DNA of 64,000 nt from positions 1,170 to 65,169 of the forward strand of contig SOJW01000020.1 of NCBI GenBank assembly GCA_004375895.1, written 5' to 3'. Position 1 is the stretch's first letter, and each line of letters begins with the position of its first letter. Below are positions 24,047-34,282 of the stretch, in pieces. The notes under the pieces are model-generated. The model ran no database searches. It was not told the DNA's origin and saw only the letters and a program-made list of their open reading frames with translations. The position numbers and the translations under genes were made by a program. Source of the stretch: Candidatus Stahliibacteriota bacterium (GTDB taxonomy: Bacteria > Hydrothermota > Tepidihabitantia > B3-TA06).

Positions 24047-25085
24047 GGAAACGTCTTCCTTCAACTGCGGGGGGGCGGGCCGAGGCATAAAAAAGCTGAC
24101 CCTTGGAACGAATAAGATCGAAGAGCAGGTGTGTGTTGTCGTTATCAAGCTCGGCAGCCACGTCGTCCATGAGATAGATTGGCCTGCGACCTGAAGCAAG
24201 AGCTGTCTCGGCCTCAGCCAGGGCAAGCGCGAGGGCGGCAAGCCGATGCTCGCCGTAGGAACCGAAGACACGCAATGGGCGAGAGTTGAGAAGAATACGA
24301 AAGTCGTCGCGGTGCGGACCGCGGCGGGTGTAGCCAATCTGACGCTCCGCCTCCCTGCTTCGAGCCAGAACCTCAAGATAGTTTTCTTTCCCGCCCACGT
24401 TTGGAAGATACTCCAACCGAATCTCATCAGCGGGCAGGAAACGCCGGCTCATCTGCTCAAAGTGACCATTGAAGTTTTGCCAGTACTCCAAGCGCCGCTC
24501 GCGGATCTCGCCTGCCAGCTCGGCCAGGCGCTTATCCCATACCGAAAGCTCATCGTCGCCTCCACGCCTGCGCAGCAGCGCGTTGCGGTGGGCAAGTACC
24601 CTGCGGAACTCTGAAAGCATCCATCGGTAAGCGTGAGAAAGCTTGGCTACAGCTTCGTCGATGAACGTCCTGCGGTATGCAGGGGGACCAGCCACAATGC
24701 GGCGGTCGTCCAGGAGAAAAACCGAAACAGGCAGCCACCCGGCATAAAGGGAGCGTTTGGCTATCTCGCGCCGGTCAAAGAAGTAGTGCTTGCGTTCGGC
24801 AGGCGAGAAGTAAACCCTCGCAGACCACTCCTTATCCTTGGAACTTCTTGCCTTCCCAGCTATACGGAAATGAGGGGCTTCAAAACCCAGGAGCTGATCG
24901 TCCTGGATGGTACGGAAGCTGCGGCCCGAGGCAAGCACGGTGATCGCCTCCAAAAGATTCGTCTTACCCGAGCCGTTAGGCCCGAAGATAATGTTGGCCC
25001 GCGGATCGAACTCCAGACCCTGCTCGGCAAGGTTGCGAAAACCAGAGACGGAGATCTCAGCAAGCCACACAGTTTCACCCCACAA
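24015..25085 (-). CDS. recF: DNA replication/repair protein RecF
   Basis: FRNL...IIFGPNGSGKTNLLEAI Walker A; C-terminal LMDDVAAELD; exact start uncertain (TTG 25085 or GTG 25070). Confidence 0.9.
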   Translation of the reverse strand: MWGETVWLAEISVSGFRNLAEQGLEFDPRANIIFGPNGSGKTNLLEAITVLASGRSFRTIQDDQLLGFEAPHFRIAGKARSSKDKEWSARVYFSPAERKHYFFDRREIAKRSLYAGWLPVSVFLLDDRRIVAGPPAYRRTFIDEAVAKLSHAYRWMLSEFRRVLAHRNALLRRRGGDDELSVWDKRLAELAGEIRERRLEYWQNFNGHFEQMSRRFLPADEIRLEYLPNVGGKENYLEVLARSREAERQIGYTRRGPHRDDFRILLNSRPLRVFGSYGEHRLAALALALAEAETALASGRRPIYLMDDVAAELDNDNTHLLFDLIRSKGQLFYASARPPAVEGRRFHVRQGKIRPV

Positions 25086-25106
25086 GAGCGCGAAGCGCTC
25101 TTGTGG
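25080..25106 (-). terminator. Hairpin after the SPFH gene
   Basis: CCACAAGAGCGCgaaGCGCTCTTGTGG perfect 12-bp stem. Confidence 0.5.
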
Positions 25107-25128
25107 GGACCCAGGATAAACCTCTCAT

Positions 25129-26085
25129 CTAAGGACCGATAAGCCCTTTGAGATCTATGATGGTGGACTGATCGGAAACGATAACCTTCACGTCGTCGGC
25201 GATCTTGTCAACGTAGAGGTACTTGATGTAGTTCGGGTTGGTGCGAAGCTCACGGGAAACGATCTTGATCGCCTTTGCCTTACCCTGTGCTTCTATCTCC
25301 TTGCGCTCCGCCTCCTTGCGTTCCTCCTCCAAAACGTACTCCATCTTCTGGGCCTTCTGCTGGGCTATCTGCTTTTCTTCAACCGACTTGGCGAACTCCC
25401 CGGTGAACTGAACGTTTCGGATCGCCACCCCTTCGATGATTATCCCGTCCAGTCCAAGCTGGCGCTTGATTTTCTTGTATATTTGATCCTGGATCTCCTC
25501 GCGTTTGTTTGAGTAGATGTCCATGATACCGTAGCCGGACATGGCCATACGTACAATGGAGCGTATAGCGGGCCTCACCACCTTATTCTCGAAGTCGGGT
25601 CCGATAAGGCGGTGGATATCAAAGACCTTTTCCGGGTTCAACCGGTACCAGACGGTGAGATCAAGTCCCACCTGCAAGCCTTCGTTGGTAGGCGCCCACA
25701 ACGCGTCATCCGTCCCCTTGCGCCGCCCCTCCTCGGCCTCACTCGACATGGTGTAGTCGATGCGGCGAAGGTCGTAAAGCGAGGTCTGAGTGATGACGGG
25801 CGGGATGAAGTTGATGCCCTCACGGGCAACGCTGTAGGTCTTTGGGATGATCCAGAAGATAACAAGTGCGTGGCCCACAGGGACAATTCGGATGAAGCTT
25901 GCCAGTATGGCCAGAAACAGTACAACCACCGCTCCCAGTACATAGGCGATGGGTTTAACCCGCCTGCGGGTCTTGCCGACCTCGCCCGTTGACTGCCGCT
26001 TAACAAGCATCCGCTGAAGCCTGAAGCCGAAGAACAAAAGCACACCCACTCCGATGAGGAGTATGACTATCAGGAATCCGATCAT
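25129..26085 (-). CDS. SPFH/band-7 (prohibitin/HflC-like) membrane protein
   Basis: N-terminal TM, SPFH core, C-terminal coiled coil EEKQIAQQKAQKMEYVLEEERKEAERKEIEAQGKA. Confidence 0.85.
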   Translation of the reverse strand: MIGFLIVILLIGVGVLLFFGFRLQRMLVKRQSTGEVGKTRRRVKPIAYVLGAVVVLFLAILASFIRIVPVGHALVIFWIIPKTYSVAREGINFIPPVITQTSLYDLRRIDYTMSSEAEEGRRKGTDDALWAPTNEGLQVGLDLTVWYRLNPEKVFDIHRLIGPDFENKVVRPAIRSIVRMAMSGYGIMDIYSNKREEIQDQIYKKIKRQLGLDGIIIEGVAIRNVQFTGEFAKSVEEKQIAQQKAQKMEYVLEEERKEAERKEIEAQGKAKAIKIVSRELRTNPNYIKYLYVDKIADDVKVIVSDQSTIIDLKGLIGP

Positions 26086-26126
26086 AAAGCCTCCTTAAGC
26101 TCTTGGTTCAATCGTTGTAATTTGTG

Positions 26127-26154
26127 ATGATAACGCCCTGGGGGTTAATGTCAA
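26127..26154 (-). promoter_or_regulatory. Sigma-70 promoter of the SPFH gene
   Basis: Minus strand TTGACA-16 nt-TATCAT; AAGGAGG SD. Confidence 0.6.
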
Positions 26155-26205
26155 CAACTTACCCTACGCGGATACTTCGTCTCCGCACGGGGATGCCGAA
26201 AATTA

Positions 26206-26260
26206 ATGCTCCTTTTCGCTGAAGGTGACGTGTGCTCCGGAGTGCTAAAAGCTCGCAGAA
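26206..26260 (+). repeat. AATTAATGCTCCTTTT...AAAAGCTCGCAGAA element copy
   Basis: atgctccttttcgctgaagg...gctccggagtgctaaaagctcgcagaaATGAATCTG; tail matches 18631..18648. Confidence 0.7.
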
Positions 26261-26306
26261 ATGAATCTGGATGGGCGAGCTTTAGATCACTCCGAACTTA
26301 GATACC

Positions 26307-26334
26307 TTGACAACCCGGTTCCTGATTTTATAAT
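26307..26334 (+). promoter_or_regulatory. Consensus sigma-70 promoter of the zinc-ribbon gene
   Basis: TTGACA-16 nt-TATAAT; ACGGAGG SD; ATG 26366. Confidence 0.7.
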
Positions 26335-26365
26335 CGCGTTTACTGGTTATCACGGAGGTCTTGCG

Positions 26366-26725
26366 ATGTTCGAGATAGAATGCCCGACTTGCGAGGCAAG
26401 GTTTTCTGTTAGAAGAGAACTCAAGGTCGGGGACAAGCTTGAATGTCCCGAGTGCGGCGAGTTGCTGAAGGTTATCTGTGACGATTCCTTAGAGATATCC
26501 TATTGCGATGAAGAGGAAGGCAAGGAACCCGATTCATATGAGGAATCATTGGATGAGGTGCAGGGGTTAGGGAAAAAGTCAGGCCGGCCGGTATTTCCGG
26601 AGGACGAGGAGAACGAACCCATCGAGCTCCCGGAAAGAAGCACCCTCTTTGATGACGCAGATAAAGAGGAAGAAAGTGAGGAAGACGAAACCTCAGAGGA
26701 GTCATTGGAAGAGAACCAGGGTTGA
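26366..26725 (+). CDS. Zinc-ribbon protein (LysW-like CPxC...CPxC) with long acidic tail
   Basis: MFEIECPTCEARFSV...KLECPECGELLKV, then ~75 aa rich in D/E; promoter and SD place the start at 26366, not 26261. Confidence 0.65.
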   Translation: MFEIECPTCEARFSVRRELKVGDKLECPECGELLKVICDDSLEISYCDEEEGKEPDSYEESLDEVQGLGKKSGRPVFPEDEENEPIELPERSTLFDDADKEEESEEDETSEESLEENQG

Positions 26726-26796
26726 ATCCAGAGGTCTAAATCAATACCTTCCCACAGCCCATGTTGCCATGGGTTGCGGGGCGGATTCTGCCCTCC

Positions 26797-26825
26797 TTGA
26801 CATCACCCTTCAGAAGGGCTAAAAT
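26797..26825 (+). promoter_or_regulatory. Sigma-70 promoter, leaderless-type, of the PGM/PMM-glmS operon
   Basis: TTGACA-17 nt-TAAAAT-7 nt-ATG 26833; no SD. Confidence 0.6.
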
Positions 26826-26832
26826 CATCCAA

Positions 26833-28143
26833 ATGGTGAAGTTTTCCGTAGCAGGTCTCCGAGGAGTCGTCGGGGAAGACCTTAAGATAGGTGATTTCGT
26901 AGGCCTCTCCCAGGCGTTCGCCCGGTTCATGGAAGCCAAAGAAGTGCTTTTGGCCAGGGACGCGCGGGAGTCAGGCGCCGAGATTCATAGGGCGGTTCAG
27001 ATTGGTTTGATGGACGCAGGCGTGAAGGTGCTGGATACAGGGATGGTCACTACCCCTACAGCGGTCTTTGGCACCAGGGCCTTTGATGCTGATGCAGGTT
27101 TAGTTATCACCGCGAGCCACAACCCAGCTGATCAGAACGGTCTTAAGTTCCTCCAGCCGGGTCGCTTCCTTTTACCCGCTAGAAGCGAAGAATTTATCAA
27201 TTTTGTCAAGGATAAAGGGCCGGTATCTGGTGGTCTAAACGGCGGGTATGAGCGTGTCAACGCCCTTGACAGGCACCTTGCCGTACTGCTTGAGCTTTTT
27301 GGAAAGGACTCAAAGGAGCCTCGCCTGCGGGTTGGGCTTGATCCGGTGAACGGTGCGGCCGGACCTGAGGCGAGAATGCTGCTTGAGGAACTGGGCTGCG
27401 AGGTTCATGCCGTCAACTTCGAGCCGAACGGTCGTTTCGGACGAGGCAGTGAACCTGTGTCCGAAAATCTTCAAGGGTTGAGGTCTCTGGTAAAGGAGAA
27501 GGGGCTTGATGTGGGATTCGCATTCGACCCGGACGGTGACCGGCTTGCTTTTGTGGACGAACGTGGTCGGGCTCCTGGCGAGGAGTACACCGTTCCGCTC
27601 TCCGCTCGCTGGGCGCTTGAGAGAAGGAAAGGAGATATTGTCGTCAATCTTTCAACCTCTCGGCTTATCGAACAGGTCGCCGAGGAGGCTGGAGTTGCCG
27701 TGCATCGCACACCGGTAGGTGAAGCGCACGTGGTTGATCGCCTTTTAGAGATCGAGGGGTGTTGCGGAGGCGAAGGCAACGGCGGATTTATTTTACCCCG
27801 CGTCAACGCCACCCGTGACGGGCTCCTTGCCATGGCTGTTTTAGTCCAGCTTAAGCGCAAGCACGGTTCTCTCGCCGAGATGGTGGATGCGCTGCCTACC
27901 TATCACCGGCACAAGGAGAAGTTCGAGATGGAATGGTCAGAGAGATTAGCGGAGATGGTTTCTTCCTTTTTCCCTTCCGCCAGAAAGGATACCCGGGACG
28001 GCCTGTGGCTCTCGGAGGAGGATTTCTGGCTGCACCTGCGGCCCTCGAATACAGAGCCGGTGGTGCGATTGATACTTGAGGCGGATTCGAGGGAGCGGGC
28101 GGATAACATCTTTGAAGAGGTGAAAAGAGTATGTGTGGGATAG
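26833..28143 (+). CDS. Phosphoglucosamine/phosphomanno-mutase family protein (GlmM-like)
   Basis: MVKFSVAGLRGVVG start; active-site TASHNPADQNGLKF; FDPDGDR metal loop; overlaps glmS. Confidence 0.85.
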   Translation: MVKFSVAGLRGVVGEDLKIGDFVGLSQAFARFMEAKEVLLARDARESGAEIHRAVQIGLMDAGVKVLDTGMVTTPTAVFGTRAFDADAGLVITASHNPADQNGLKFLQPGRFLLPARSEEFINFVKDKGPVSGGLNGGYERVNALDRHLAVLLELFGKDSKEPRLRVGLDPVNGAAGPEARMLLEELGCEVHAVNFEPNGRFGRGSEPVSENLQGLRSLVKEKGLDVGFAFDPDGDRLAFVDERGRAPGEEYTVPLSARWALERRKGDIVVNLSTSRLIEQVAEEAGVAVHRTPVGEAHVVDRLLEIEGCCGGEGNGGFILPRVNATRDGLLAMAVLVQLKRKHGSLAEMVDALPTYHRHKEKFEMEWSERLAEMVSSFFPSARKDTRDGLWLSEEDFWLHLRPSNTEPVVRLILEADSRERADNIFEEVKRVCVG

Positions 28144-29963
28144 TTGGGTATCTCGGGAGCCGCGATATAGAGTCGGTTATACTTGTTGGTCTTGAGAGGC
28201 TTGAGTACCGGGGCTACGACTCCTGCGGCATCGCGGTCGCAGATGAAGGAAAGATCAAGATCACCAAGGTCACCGGAAGGCTGCAGAATCTCAAGGATGC
28301 ATTAGAGAAGCATCCCCTTTCGGGAGATGTAGGTATCGGTCACACCCGTTGGGCCACGCACGGACCGCCAACTCAGCGTAACGCCCACCCCTTCACCGAT
28401 CCCGAAGGGCTTTTTGCGGTCGTCCATAACGGGATCATCGAGAATCACGCCGAACTTCGCCGTGAGCTCGAAGCCAAGGGGCATAAGTTTGTCTCGCAGA
28501 CAGATTCTGAGATTATACCTCATCTTCTGGCCTCTTACTACAAGGGCAATCTACTGAAGGCTGTCCTTCGGACGCTCAAGCGTCTTAAGGGCAGTTTTGC
28601 CCTGGTTGCGGTGATGCGCGATCGTCCGGATTGTCTTTTGGGTGTCCGGATGGGTTCACCCCTGGTGGTCGGTATAGGCAAGGGGGAGTTTGCCCTCGCA
28701 TCCGACCCGCTGGCTCTTGTGGGTATCACCCAGCGTATGATAGCTCTTGACGACGGGGAGGTGGTTCTAATCCATAGGGGCCATCTACCTGAGGTTTATT
28801 CATTCGACGGCAAACGAATCAAGGCGAAGGTTGTTCCTATTGAGTTCAGTCCCAAGGCGGTTTCCAAAGGGCGTTACCGGCACTTCATGCGCAAGGAGAT
28901 ATTCGAACAGCCCAAGGTTATCGCAAATAGCCTCGAGCGCCGGATACGCAACGGGCGCATCGTGCTGGGATCTGCCTATCGCTTTTACCCTGAGGAGCTC
29001 GCTGATTTCGAGCACATCCTTATCCAGGCCTGCGGCACAAGCTACCATGCCGGTCTGGTGGCACGCTACTTTATCGAACGCTTCACCGGCGTGCACACTG
29101 AGGTCGAGATCGCATCCGAGCTTATAGATCGCACCTCCATCTTCGGCAAGCACGAGCTCATGATCGCCATCAGCCAGTCGGGTGAGACCGCGGATACCCT
29201 GGCCGCCCTGCGTGCGGCGCGTCGCAACTCCAATCTTAAGGTGCTTTCAATAGTCAACGTGAAACGAACCTCTGTCGATCGTGAGTCCGACTCGTCAATC
29301 TACATCCACGCCGGGCCGGAGATAGGCGTGGCTTCAACCAAGGCCTACACTGCAGAGCTATTTGCACTCCTTATCTTCACCCTGGAGCTTGCCCGACGTA
29401 AAGCTACGATGAAACCAAGCCAGTTAAGGAAGATCAAGTCAGCCTTTTCGGCCTTGCCCGACCAGATGGCCCAGGTGCTCAAACAGGACCGCCGGATTCG
29501 CGAGATCGCCAGGCAATTCCAAAAACGAAAATCCTACCTCTTCCTGGGGCGTGGGGTTAACTTTCCCACCGCTTTGGAGGGGGCGCTCAAGCTCAAGGAG
29601 ATAAGCTACATCCACGCCACCGGCTACCCGGCGGGTGAGATGAAGCACGGGCCGATATCACTTATCGATTCCAAGACGCCTGTTGTGGTCGTAGCACCAC
29701 GTGATGCGACCTATGAGAAGATGAACGCAAACATCGAAGAGGTGGCCGCGCGCGGAGGACAGGTGATCGCAGTGGGTACGGCAGGCGACCATGAGTTGGC
29801 CAAGCGCAGTGCTGCGTTTATCCCCATCCCAGAGGCCCCGGACTACATCCTTCCATTCCTTACGGTTATCCCCTTGCAGCTTCTTGCCTATCACACCGCC
29901 TGCTTCCGTGGCTGCGACGTGGACAAGCCGCGCAACCTGGCAAAGAGCGTGACCGTAGAGTGA
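28131..29963 (+). CDS. glmS: Glutamine--fructose-6-phosphate aminotransferase
   Basis: MCGIVGY N-terminal nucleophile; two SIS domains; C-terminal NLAKSVTVE. Confidence 0.95.
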   Translation: MCGIVGYLGSRDIESVILVGLERLEYRGYDSCGIAVADEGKIKITKVTGRLQNLKDALEKHPLSGDVGIGHTRWATHGPPTQRNAHPFTDPEGLFAVVHNGIIENHAELRRELEAKGHKFVSQTDSEIIPHLLASYYKGNLLKAVLRTLKRLKGSFALVAVMRDRPDCLLGVRMGSPLVVGIGKGEFALASDPLALVGITQRMIALDDGEVVLIHRGHLPEVYSFDGKRIKAKVVPIEFSPKAVSKGRYRHFMRKEIFEQPKVIANSLERRIRNGRIVLGSAYRFYPEELADFEHILIQACGTSYHAGLVARYFIERFTGVHTEVEIASELIDRTSIFGKHELMIAISQSGETADTLAALRAARRNSNLKVLSIVNVKRTSVDRESDSSIYIHAGPEIGVASTKAYTAELFALLIFTLELARRKATMKPSQLRKIKSAFSALPDQMAQVLKQDRRIREIARQFQKRKSYLFLGRGVNFPTALEGALKLKEISYIHATGYPAGEMKHGPISLIDSKTPVVVVAPRDATYEKMNANIEEVAARGGQVIAVGTAGDHELAKRSAAFIPIPEAPDYILPFLTVIPLQLLAYHTACFRGCDVDKPRNLAKSVTVE

Positions 29964-30110
29964 GTGGATACGGCTCAAAGATGTACAGTGAGAGGAGATT
30001 CATAACGAGCAAGAGGTACCTTGCGGGGGCGGCAGGGATCAAGAGAGGTGAGGTGAAGGGTAAGGATCTTAAAACCTCCTCATTTATTTGAGGAGAGCAA
30101 AGGAGGATAC

Positions 30111-31190
30111 ATGGTTAAGAATATTGCAAATCGACCAAAAGAGCAGGACGATAGGCGCAAGGCGTTGGATACCGCGATCGGCCAAATCCAGAAGCAATTT
30201 GGGGAAGGTGCTATCATGCGGCTTGGGGAACACCCTGCAAGGATAAATGTTCAGGTCATCCCTACCGGTTCCCTGACCCTTGACGTCGCTCTGGGTATCG
30301 GTGGGCTTCCCAGAGGTAGGTTGATCGAGATCTTCGGATCGGAGGCCTCAGGTAAGACCACTATTGGGCTTCAGGTAGTGGCAAGTGCTCAGAGGATGGG
30401 TGGGCAGGCGGCGTTCATCGATGCCGAGCACGCCCTTGATCTGACCTACGCCCAGGCGCTGGGAGTCAACGTAGAAGAGCTCCTTCTCTCCCAGCCGGAC
30501 ACCGGCGAGCAAGCTCTTGAAATCGCAGAGGTGCTCACCCGTTCCGGCGGCATAGATGTTTTCGTTATCGACTCGGTTGCGGCCCTTGTGCCGCGAGCAG
30601 AGATAGAAGGGGAGATGGGTGACGTGCACGTGGGACTTCAGGCGCGGCTTATGTCACAGGCACTCAGAAAACTCACTGCGGTTATCTCTCGCTCCAATAC
30701 CTGCGCTATCTTCATTAACCAGATTCGTATGAAGATTGGTGTAATGTGGGGCAACCCGGAGACCACACCCGGCGGTCTGGCGCTTAAGTTCCACTCAACC
30801 ATCCGTCTGGACATCCGGCGTATCGCCTCTATCAAAAAGGGCGACGAGGTCATCGGCAACCGCACCAGAATCAAAGTCGCAAAAAATAAACTCGCACCGC
30901 CCTTCCGCAAGGCCGAGTTCGACATCATCTACGGCAAGGGCGTAAACTACCTTGGTGAGCTTGTTGATGTCGGTGTGGACCTAGGGTTCGTTCAGAAGTC
31001 CGGCACCTGGTTTTCCTACGACGATGAGCGGATGGGCCAGGGCCGTGACGCGGCCATCGCTTTCCTTGAGGAGAATCCCGAGGCTAAAGAGAAACTCGAA
31101 AAAGAGGCAAGAGAGAAGCTCTTCCCTACCCCTACCGCCCCCAAGGAGGTCGTGGAGCCTGAAGCAGCAGAAGAGGAGAAGAAGGATTAG
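30111..31190 (+). CDS. recA: Recombinase RecA
   Basis: [38 protein letters not shown]. Confidence 0.97.
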   Translation: MVKNIANRPKEQDDRRKALDTAIGQIQKQFGEGAIMRLGEHPARINVQVIPTGSLTLDVALGIGGLPRGRLIEIFGSEASGKTTIGLQVVASAQRMGGQAAFIDAEHALDLTYAQALGVNVEELLLSQPDTGEQALEIAEVLTRSGGIDVFVIDSVAALVPRAEIEGEMGDVHVGLQARLMSQALRKLTAVISRSNTCAIFINQIRMKIGVMWGNPETTPGGLALKFHSTIRLDIRRIASIKKGDEVIGNRTRIKVAKNKLAPPFRKAEFDIIYGKGVNYLGELVDVGVDLGFVQKSGTWFSYDDERMGQGRDAAIAFLEENPEAKEKLEKEAREKLFPTPTAPKEVVEPEAAEEEKKD

Positions 31191-31199
31191 TGTTCGTCC

Positions 31200-31661
31200 A
31201 TGAAGGCCAAAGACGAACGCGAACGGGTTCGGGCAGCGGCTTTGAGACTCCTGCGTTACCGGGAAAGAAGCGTCGCCGAGATGCGAGAGCGGCTGCGCCG
31301 CAAGGGATTCGATCACGAGACAATCGATGTGGAGATCGAGAATCTCAAGGAGCAAGGCTTACTTGACGATGAACGCTTCACCGGTATCTGGATCAGGCAC
31401 AAGCTTACTATCTCCCACAAGGGGAAGCGCTTGATAAGAGCCGAGCTTGCCGCAAAGGGGATCAGCTCTGAGCTCTTCGCCAAGATATGGGCAGCACATG
31501 CAGATCAGGAGCGCCGCTCCGCCTGCGAGTGGGCCAGAGCCAAAGCAGAAGGTTATTCCTCACTTGAGGGCTTCGAGCGTCGCGGACGCATCAGGCAAGG
31601 CCTTTACCGCAGGGGCTACTCGCAGGAGGCTATCCAGGAAGCCCTCAAGGAGATCGGATGA
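31200..31661 (+). CDS. recX: RecA regulator RecX
   Basis: ALRLLRYRERSVAEMRERLRRKGF; three-repeat helical pattern; follows recA. Confidence 0.85.
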   Translation: MKAKDERERVRAAALRLLRYRERSVAEMRERLRRKGFDHETIDVEIENLKEQGLLDDERFTGIWIRHKLTISHKGKRLIRAELAAKGISSELFAKIWAAHADQERRSACEWARAKAEGYSSLEGFERRGRIRQGLYRRGYSQEAIQEALKEIG

Positions 31662-34282
31662 ACTCAGCCGAGCTTAGAGAGGCGTTCCTTAGATTCTTTG
31701 AAGAGCGCGGACATACGCGGGTGGATTCTGCACCGCTTGTTCCCAAACGAGACCCTACCATACTCTTCAACGTTGCGGGTATGGTTCAGTTCAAGCCGTT
31801 GTGGGCCGGCTTGGTCGAGCCACTTCCCTACACCCGCGCCGTCTCGGTTCAGAAGTGCCTGCGGTTGGAAGACTTGGATGTAGTAGGCTCTGACGCCACC
31901 CACGATACCTTCTTTGAGATGCTGGGCAACTTTTCATTCGGTGACTACCAGAAGGAGGAGGCGATACGCTGGGCCTGGGAATTCATCATCCAGGTGATGA
32001 ATCTGCCTGCCGAACGGCTTTGGGTTTCGGTTCACGAGCAAGATGAGGAAGCGGCTTCTATCTGGCGTGATGTGGTGGGAGTACCTAAAGAGCGTGTGGT
32101 CTATCTGGGCGATGAGCATAACTTTTGGGAACCTGCAGGCGGCAGGGGTGCGTGTGGGCCGTGTTCGGAGATATTCTGGGACCTTAAATGGAAGGAAGGG
32201 GACTGCGGACTTGGACCGGCTGAGGACGAAGATGCGGAAGCGCGCTACACCGAGATATGGAACCTGGTGTTCCCTCAGTTTGACCAGCAGGAATCGGGCT
32301 CCCGTCCCCTCCTCAAGTATCGGGGTGTAGACACCGGCGCCGGTCTTGAGCGTATGGTGTTGGCCGCCCAGAACGTGGAAACCATCTTCCACACCGATCT
32401 CTTCTATCCTTTAATGCAAGCTGCGGCGGATACATTGAAAGTCAAAATCTCAGCCGATACCTGGGAGTTCCTGGCTATCACCGCCGATCACATACGTGCA
32501 GCCACCTTCGTGATTGCCGAAGGCGTACGTCCATCGAACACCAAACAGGGATACGTAATAAGAAGGGTTCTCAGACGTGCCATAGGAGCACTTTACCTCT
32601 TAGGGATTCAGGAGTCACTCCTGTACAAACTCTCGGGCCATGTGATTGAGCAGATGCGGCACGTCTACCCTGAACTCGAAGATCGCCGCGAGCAGGTGGC
32701 GCTCATGATTAAGGGAGAGGAGGAACGATTTCTTAAAACCCTTGAGGGTGGTATGCGGTTATTCTCCGATTCCGCCCACGCGGGAAAGATATCTGGAGAA
32801 GATGCCTTCAAGTTGCATGACACCCATGGCTTTCCTATAGATCTAACCAAGTGGCTGGCTAAACACAAGGGGGTCGAGGTCGATTTACAAGGTTTTCAAG
32901 CCGCTATGGAAATTCAGAGGGAAAGATCGAGAGTTGCCATTGCTAGTGCGGAAATAAGGGAAGTAGTATCAGACGAACCTGTTAAAACAACTTTCGTCGG
33001 ATACGATCATGGCAGTTTGAAGACAAGTACGGAAATTGTTGGTGTTGAGAAGTATTTAAGTGGGATAGGGATAGTGCTTGAAGAATCTCCTTTTTATGCT
33101 GAAGCTGGAGGACAAGTGGGAGATTCAGGTAAGATAATCCTGAATGATGGCACGGAATTGAAAGTTGAAGGTTGCGAGTTTGACGCCAGAGGTAAACATA
33201 TCTGTCTTGTAACAGGGATTCAATCAGGGTTTAATCTAAGAACCTTACTCCGTCAGCAAGTTGATGTGGAAGTCGACCTCAACCGCCGTATGGAAATCGA
33301 GCGGGCGCATACCGCCACTCACCTCCTCCACGCGGCGCTGCGCAAAATCCTGGGCGAGCACGTAAAGCAGGAAGGTTCGCTGGTAGAACCCGGCCGGCTG
33401 CGCTTTGACTTCTACCATCCCGAACCGATGAAGACTGAGGAGATTACAGAGGTTGAAAAACAAGTCTATGCCTGGATAATTGCCAATCATGAAGCGAAGC
33501 CAGACGAAATGAGTCGGGAAGAAGCGGAAGCACTCGGGGCATTGGCATTTTTTGGAGAAAAGTACGGCGATAAGGTCCGAGTACTTCAAATCAGAGACAA
33601 GAATACTGAGGAGCTCATATCCGCCGAGCTGTGCGGTGGAACCCACCTGGACCGCACCGGCGATATCGGGATGTTCATTATCGCATCAGAAACCGGTGTT
33701 GCTGCAGGCATCCGCCGCATCGAGGCGCTTACCGGCCAGCGCGCCTTTGCAGAGATCGAGCATACCAGGGAAGTAATCTCAGAACTCTCCAGCTCCATCG
33801 GCACCGACCGGGACAAGCTGGTCAAAAGAGTGGAGGAGCTTAAAACCAGCCTCTCCGCCGAGACCAAGGCGCGTGAGCAGCTCGCCCGCCGGTACGTAGA
33901 GAGTCTTGCCGAAGGTATCCTTAAGAACTCTCAAAAGATTGACGACGTTGAGTTTGTTACCGGTCGTGTCGAAGGCATCTCCCGCGATGAGTTGCGTCTG
34001 CTTGCCGATGCCCTCAAGTCCCGACGCGATCGCATCGTAGGACTCCTGGCCGCACCTGACAAGAACCGGTTGGCCGTGCTCTGCTTCTCCTCCAAGTCTA
34101 CTTCTAAAGACTATCCCGCCGGAGAAATGCTTAAAAAAGTCGCCTCCAGGTTCAAGGGCGGAGGCGGCGGTTCTGCCACCCTTGCCGAGGGCAGCATTGC
34201 CGAGGCATCTTTGGATAAGCTCACGTCGGTATTCTTGGAAGTCGTTAATGCAGCCGCTGCTGCCAGAAGGGAGGAAAAATGA
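31658..34282 (+). CDS. alaS: Alanine--tRNA ligase
   Basis: REAFLRFFEERGH, FTNAGM-like FNVAGMVQF, editing-domain HTATHLLH, CGGTH. Confidence 0.97.
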   Translation: MNSAELREAFLRFFEERGHTRVDSAPLVPKRDPTILFNVAGMVQFKPLWAGLVEPLPYTRAVSVQKCLRLEDLDVVGSDATHDTFFEMLGNFSFGDYQKEEAIRWAWEFIIQVMNLPAERLWVSVHEQDEEAASIWRDVVGVPKERVVYLGDEHNFWEPAGGRGACGPCSEIFWDLKWKEGDCGLGPAEDEDAEARYTEIWNLVFPQFDQQESGSRPLLKYRGVDTGAGLERMVLAAQNVETIFHTDLFYPLMQAAADTLKVKISADTWEFLAITADHIRAATFVIAEGVRPSNTKQGYVIRRVLRRAIGALYLLGIQESLLYKLSGHVIEQMRHVYPELEDRREQVALMIKGEEERFLKTLEGGMRLFSDSAHAGKISGEDAFKLHDTHGFPIDLTKWLAKHKGVEVDLQGFQAAMEIQRERSRVAIASAEIREVVSDEPVKTTFVGYDHGSLKTSTEIVGVEKYLSGIGIVLEESPFYAEAGGQVGDSGKIILNDGTELKVEGCEFDARGKHICLVTGIQSGFNLRTLLRQQVDVEVDLNRRMEIERAHTATHLLHAALRKILGEHVKQEGSLVEPGRLRFDFYHPEPMKTEEITEVEKQVYAWIIANHEAKPDEMSREEAEALGALAFFGEKYGDKVRVLQIRDKNTEELISAELCGGTHLDRTGDIGMFIIASETGVAAGIRRIEALTGQRAFAEIEHTREVISELSSSIGTDRDKLVKRVEELKTSLSAETKAREQLARRYVESLAEGILKNSQKIDDVEFVTGRVEGISRDELRLLADALKSRRDRIVGLLAAPDKNRLAVLCFSSKSTSKDYPAGEMLKKVASRFKGGGGGSATLAEGSIAEASLDKLTSVFLEVVNAAAAARREEK

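Noticed and set aside
24047-24427. N-terminal 127 codons of ORF 23708..24427
   Set aside because: This part overlaps the recF coding sequence in another frame and has no recognisable motifs. Only the C-terminal DUF721-like part from Met 24046 is credible.
21816-25128. Replication origin next to recF-gyrB
   Set aside because: No dnaA or dnaN is present. I found no cluster of TTATCCACA-like boxes and no AT-rich unwinding region in the flanking spacers. The upstream neighbour is an SPFH gene.
26261-26365. Upstream ATG for the zinc-ribbon ORF
   Set aside because: The ATG lies inside a copy of the dispersed hairpin element (CGCAGAAATGAATCTG). A consensus promoter and SD sit downstream of it and serve ATG 26366.
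28100-28143. glmS ribozyme upstream of glmS
   Set aside because: The glmS start overlaps the 3' end of the preceding mutase gene by 13 nt, so there is no leader to hold a ribozyme.
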